Assembly (NCBI GenBank): GCA_965112735.1 | Contig: OZ218953.1 | Location: forward strand, 2,790,001 to 2,854,000 | Direction of reading: 5' to 3' | DNA from: Phaeosaccion multiseriatum | Lineage: Eukaryota > Protista > Ochrophyta, other classes | Length of the DNA: 64,000 bases | Shown: positions 58,090-64,000 of the stretch, piece after piece | Numbering within the stretch: the stretch's first letter is position 1 | Layout of the letters: each line of letters opens with the position of its first letter | Made by a program: the position numbers and the translations under genes | Notes under the pieces: model-generated | Database searches by the model: none | Told to the model about the DNA's origin: nothing | What the model saw: only the letters and a program-made list of their open reading frames with translations

Positions 58090-59011
58090 ATTAATCACTA
58101 ATCACCTTCTTGAGCCGTTAATGAATCTCCAGCTGGCGATTTTAGTAGACAGTTGGTGCTCCAGGAGGTTTCCGCGTTTCCGCGGTCGCGTGCTTCGTAG
58201 ATTTGGAGAGAGAGAGAGAAGACGCAGATCGCAAAGCAAATCTGGCTGCATCTGTTACCAGCTATTTCTCCTTAGGATCCATCAACAGGAGTCTGGCTGC
58301 ACCTTCCTTGGAAAAGGATCGGAGCAGACCCAAACTGACTGACTTTTGTTGGCCCTTGCCCGCACCACCGCTCTCACGATCAACAGGAGCGGTACTCTGT
58401 CCTGAAGAACGAGAGCGAAAGTGGACCGAACCCTCAATCTCAAGGCCTGTTCATGCGTACGGGTGGGGCGTGGTGCCGGTATTAGTATGATAGCAGAGCG
58501 TCCACCGTGGATCTTCTTGTGGTGAGGCGGTCCGAGTGGGCGCTGGTGCTTGTGGTGCTGCTACTACTGCTGCTGCTCGTGCTCTATCTCTTGCTACTTA
58601 CAGCAACCTGCTGCGCCTTCCTGGCGCTATTGGCGCTCGTGCTCAACTAGTATCGGCATCAGCTGGAGGCAAGCTTCCGTGGAGAATCTCGTGGGGGGCG
58701 AGGGCGGGGAACTAGTCTTGGAGCAGCAGCAGCAGCAGCAGCAGTAGCAGTAGTATTTGGAGGACGCCGTCGGCACTGAGGGGAAGGAAGGGACGAAGGG
58801 GGGTGGGGGTGTGCTGTAAAATCGACAGGTCCATACGCCTGGCCTTCGTCTTGGAGCGAAAGATGATGCAGGCTGGCTGAGCGAATTCGACTCGGCCGAG
58901 GCGGAGGGGGGGGGGGGGGGGAGGAGGAGGAGGAGGAGGGTAAGGCGCGCGTGTGTGTGGGGGGGGGAGGTCATTCAGAAAGAGGCCAGTAGAGAGTAGG
59001 ACGAAGGAAGC

Positions 59012-59662
59012 ATGACCGCGCCACCGGGAGGTAACGCGAGTAAGAACAACAGACGTGGGCCCTTCCCCCCTCGGCAGCAGCAGCAGCAGTACACCTCCGA
59101 TTTCCTCGGCGCGGACTTCGAGCGCCGTCTCGGTTTGGGGGCGGGGAGGGGCGGTGGCAGAGGGCAAGGCCTTGGTGTGGGGGTGGGGGTTGGCAATGGG
59201 AGTGGCAGGTCCGCCCCCCCCTACCCCATTAGTACGGGCGTCGTCCCTCCTCAGCTGCGGCGGTACGGCTCGCACGATGTGTCTCCGGGGGGTAGAGGGT
59301 AAGTTCGAAAGTTTGTGTGTGTGTACCTTTGAACTGTTAAAAGGTTTGCTTCTCTTACGCTCATACAGAGTGAGTGAGTGTACCGTAGCTTTGTAGGGTT
59401 GTTGGCTTGGGGGTCTCCTCTGCCGTGCACAAGTACGCGCAGATCAGACGGGAAGCATGCTCTACTTAGCAACGCTTTGCAGCACCTTCTGTCCTGCCCT
59501 CCCTCACCCACCACCCCTCCCCCTCAATGTATCTTCCTGCCTTGATGCAATTGGGACCCAATCGGCCAATCGGAACCCAATCACGAATATAATTGACATC
59601 GGGGGTCCATCCATCGCTTGACGTACAAACATACGCACACGTATGTACACACGCACACGTAT

Positions 59663-59710
<48 letters not shown>

Positions 59711-62460
59711 CCCAATGGTGGCAGGCAGCAAGGGGTCGGTAGGAGAGACGGGCTCTGGAGTGCGAGAGAGGGGTAACAGCCTGCACTATACCGGCGGCAG
59801 CAGCAGTCAGGGAGGAGGAGGAGGAGGAGGAGGAGGGGGAGGAGGGGGAGGAGAAGGAGAAGGATCAGAGGGCGGGGGCGGCGAGACACGGGGGGGGGAA
59901 GGATCAGATGGTTCCTCAAGCAGCGGTATGGGGCTTCTCAATGGCGCCGAGCAGAGGAAGGCAGAGTTACAGAGGAAGCGTCTCAGGACTGAAGGGGACT
60001 TGGAGGACGGGGAGAGAGATAAGGGACACGGCAGCCCACCGAGGGGCGTCCCTAGGGGAGGTGTGGGCGGTAGACATGTCATGAGGGAGCGCGACTGCTT
60101 TGCCAGAGCGGCCTCGCACGCCCTTTGCTGCTGCAGGTGAGTAGAGAGGAGAGGGGAGGGGAGCGGGACGGTTGGGGGGGAGAGGAGAGGAGGGGAGGGA
60201 GAGAGGAGGGGAGGGGAGGGGAGGGGAGGGAAAGAGACCGGAAGAGAGGATTTTTGTCTGTCTAATCTGTCTGTCCCGGGCTCCAAATTTCTCGTGCGCT
60301 TGCCTTTCTGCTTGCTGTCCCATTTTTTGCCTCCCCTCGCTCTGCCCTTGCCTTCCCGCTTCCTTCTCTCCCCCTCGCTCTCCCCCTCCCTCCCTCTCTC
60401 TCCCCCTCTCTTACCCTCTTTCCCTCCCTTCCTCCCTTCTTCCCTCCCTCCCTAACCCTCCCTCCTCCGCCCCTCCCTCCCTTCCCTCTTCACAGCTGGG
60501 TCTCTCGGCGAGGCGTCCACGTGTACAGGAGCTGCCTATCCAAGGCGAGGGCCGTGCGTGGAGTCAAACCGTACGGGCTCGGGATCGGAGAGGGAGGGGC
60601 AGGGATTCTGGGACAAGCAGGAGGAGGAGGAGGAGGAGGGGGAGGAGGAGGAGGAGGAGGGGCAGGACCAGGGACGGGGGGGCAGGGGGGGGCAGGGGGG
60701 CAACTGCAAGGAGGAGGAGGTGGTGGAGGAGGAGGTGGAGGAGGAGGGGCGCGCAAGTGGAGAAAGCGGTCATGGGCGCTGCTCTCGGCGACGTTTGTGC
60801 TCTGCCTGGGGTCCATGTTGGGTGCATGGGCGGTGACGGCAAGGCAGTCCTTCAGGAGCTCTGCAGGTGCGGGGGAGGGGATGGGATGGGAGAGGAGGGC
60901 ATGAGGGAGGGAGGGAGGGGAGGGGAGGGGAGGGAAGAAGGGATGGAGGGTGGTCCTCTGGGAAGGGGCCCGGGGCAGAGGGAGGGGGGGGGAGGGGAGG
61001 GGGCAATATGTTGCCCCCCTTCCTTTTGACGTGTCGTCTTGTCCCTCAGTGTATCACATATCTCTTGACGCTCTGCTTCGCGCTGCCTCTCTCGCCCTTC
61101 ACCTCGCCCCCGGCCTCCCCCACTCCCCTCTCACTCTCCCGCTCTTTCTCCCTATTCCGCCCCCGCCCCTCCCCTCTCCCCCTCTCCCTCCTCAGCGTCG
61201 GAAGCTCTAGTGAAGTACAGTACTATGGGTACACCTGCCGCCGCCGCCGCCACGTGCCAGTGGAACCCGGGGGGTGCCGTCATGTACAAGGTCGGTTTCA
61301 CTTTCAGTTTCAGTTGTTTCAGTTGGTTTCGCTGCTGGCTGGCTGGCTGGCTGGCTGGCTGTTGCCCCCCCCCACTCATTCAATCAGTCAACTGACCTTG
61401 TCTTGTCTTCCCTTGCCTTGCCTTGCCTTGCCTTGCTTTTTTACCCCATGGCTATGTATGCTACACCCACTACTCTGCTCTCTCTCTCACTCACTCACTC
61501 ACTCACTCACTCACAGGTTGGCATGAACGCCGGACACACTTACAACGCCAACCACTGGTTCCATATCGCTGAGTGCTTTACAGCCTTCCACATGCGCTGG
61601 AAGCGGCAGAGGGACGAGCTGGTGCAGGCCAACGGAGGCATCCCCTCTACAGTGGTCTACGTTCAGGTGTGCAGCGTACACAAGAGCCCAGCTCATATAC
61701 AGCTTGCTTAGCAAACAAACCTCTTGTCTCTCTCTCTCCCTATCCCTTGTCTCTCTCATATCTCCCCTCTTCTCTCCCTCTCTTTTGACAGCCATAGTGA
61801 CTCTTTTCGTGAACCCCCTTTTTTCTCCCTTCTCTCTCTCCCTCCCTCCCTCCCCTCCTCCCTCCCCCCTTTACCCTCCGCCATTTGCTGCCCTGGCTGC
61901 GGGTCTGGTCTGACTGCCCCCGCCTCTCCCTCCCTCTGACCCACTTCTCCATCTACCCACCCACCCACCCACCCACCCACCCACCCCCCCCCACACACAG
62001 CTCATGAGCAACGGGTTTGCCGCCGAACTCACTCCCATGACTCGGCTCTTTCTGTCGTTGGGCATGACCGACGAGCACGTCAAGACGATCCACTTTGTCT
62101 CTCCAAGGTCTACTCTGCACCTCCTCAGTACCAGCGCCTCTGCTGCAGCGGCGGCGGCAGCGGGGGAAGGAGGGGTGGGGGGAGGGGGGGAAGACAACGT
62201 GTTGCAGGCACCAAGGAGACCTATGACGGAGCAGGAGACGGCACTGCTGGAGTTGCAAGGGAGACAGGTGAGAGGGAGAGGGGCGAGAGAGAGGGCGAGT
62301 CGGGGGAGGGGAAGGGCGGGGTGAGAGAGGGACGGGCGAGAGAGGGGTGAGGGTGAGGGAGGGGCGAGAGAGGGTGAGAGAGCCTCTCGGGTTCCGCTTC
62401 CACATTGTACCTACGCATATGCACCCACGCATAAGCACCTCACGCACGCACGCACGCACC

Positions 62461-62492
<32 letters not shown>

Positions 62493-63789
62493 CCCACAGG
62501 ACGTGAATGTAGGCGTGCTGAGCTTCAATCGGGCCCACGATTGGATCCTCGACGAAGAGCAGCGCCTGCCCGAGAGGCTCACGGTGTCTGCAGAGCCCGG
62601 AGAGGAGGGCAAGCAGCTGCTGTTGGTACGTACGCGTGCTAGTTCGTGGCACCGGGTCTGTCTGTCTGTCTGTCTGTCTGTCTTTCTGTTGCCTCTCGAG
62701 CTGTTTGTGAGTGGATCATGGCTGGGTCAGTGACTTTTGAGTTAGCCTGGCCGTACTACTACTTGGTGTCCAGCACCTTGTCATGCACAATGTCAATCAT
62801 GATGTTTAAGTCAGAGACCCCGGGGTACAAGCCGTATTTTGCATTTGCATGACGATGAGACACTGAGTCAGCATGAACTGATCTGTTCTGTGATGTGACT
62901 CGCCTCATCTCTCCGCAGCAGAAGGGGGGAGGGGGGGGGGTCGCGAGCGATTCTCTGGTGGCCGTGTCAGCCATGTCGGCAGAAGGGGGCTACTCTCAAG
63001 AGGAGCGTGTGTGCGTGCGCTACATGGGGGAGGCAGGCTCCGGGGCCGTTCAGCGCACTGATTGGTTTAAGAACAGGGTGAGTCAACGGTGTTTGCTCCC
63101 CCCCTCCTCCTCCCCTCCCCTCCTTTTTCTCGGTGATGAATCCTTCAAAACATCTCTGCCCCTCACGCATCTTCCCCTCCTCTTCCTCCCTCTTCGGTTT
63201 GGCAGGGTGACCTTGCTAGTCTGAAGCGGACCCTCCACAGCATGTGTCCCATCATCGACATCCCCGACTTCAATGGAGAGAGGACCCCTCGCCCTGTCAA
63301 GAATGTGCTGATTTACAACCGGGTGAGTGGGAGAGAGGGGAGGGGAGGGCGAGAGAGAGAACAGAGAATCATTCACCCCCACCCCAGGGAGGGTGCCCAT
63401 CATGCCCATCAAGTGATTTTTATCTTAGCCCTAGAGCCTCGAGAGCGTCGATCGATCGCGACCGCTGCACTTGACACCAGCGGCCATCTTTCTCCGCTCA
63501 TTTCTCTCTCAGTCCACTGCAATCCTCCCCCCCTTCCCCTCTCCTGTCCCGCCCTGCCCTTCTCTCTCCCTCTCTCTCTCTCCGTCTCCCTTCTCGCTCT
63601 GTCCTTTGCCTTCCCCTCCTCCTCCTCCTCCTCCTCCTCCTCCTCCTCCTCCTCCTCCTCCTCACAGGACAAGTCTCGGATGCTTCTCAACGCTGACGAG
63701 CTGAAAGCGGAGCTGCAGTACCGCCTCTCCCGGGGGGCAGGGGGCAGCTTCGACTGGGAAGTAGAAATCATGACGCACAGCAACGACAG
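59012..63789 (+). CDS. Type II membrane protein, probable glycosyltransferase family 61-like; 3' end beyond the window
   Basis: Exons splice in frame from MTAPPGG through a TM segment (WALLSATFVLCLGSMLGAWAV), NANHWFHIAE and NVLIYNR|DKSRMLLNADELKAEL..WEVEIM, which resemble GT61 motifs. The diagnostic HGA motif is not reached within the window. Confidence 0.6.
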
Positions 63790-64000
63790 GTGCAATACGA
63801 CTTTTCTGTCCTTCTCCCTTCCTCCCCACCTACTTACCTGCCTACCCACCTTCCTCCGTCTTCCTACCTACCTACTTACCTACTTGCCTGCCTACCCAGC
63901 TACCTTCCTGCCTACTTCCTCCCTACCCTACTTACCCGCCTACCTACCTACCTTCCTACCTACCTACCTACCTGCGTACCTACCTGCCTACCTACCCATG

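Noticed and set aside
58490-58760. Leu-rich hydrophobic reading frame upstream of the GT61-like gene
   Set aside because: Derived from CTG/CTA triplet repeats; no start or splice support.

Overview
Eukaryotic, GC-rich, intron-dense genomic DNA whose introns are packed with microsatellites. Signal-plus-Phe presequences, a PPR gene and an IFT-A gene suggest a flagellated plastid-bearing stramenopile alga (inference). I can assemble 13 protein-coding genes by hand-splicing: SmD3 (+), dynamitin DCTN2 (-), TLC/NTT nucleotide transporter (-), Sen1/Upf1-like helicase (+), dCMP deaminase (-), histidine phosphatase (+), a 5-module repeat protein (-), Tas-like aldo-keto reductase (+), a paralogous 3-module repeat protein (-), a kinase with tyrosine-kinase signatures and two PH domains (+), a PPR protein (+), WDR19/IFT144 (-), and a partial GT61-like glycosyltransferase (+). 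The best novelty candidate is the pair of intronless, probably plastid-targeted genes built from a ~120-aa tandem module that looks like a self-contained mini-mTERF domain. Other notable items are a perfect 122-bp inverted duplication of a pseudogene-like fragment, a tandemly duplicated AT-rich 137-nt hairpin, an inverted intronic element pair bracketing 10 WDR19 exons, and a dispersed CAGTTGGTGATAC motif. Most short ORFs in the supplied track are microsatellite artefacts. Coordinates and family calls were made by eye, with no database searches.
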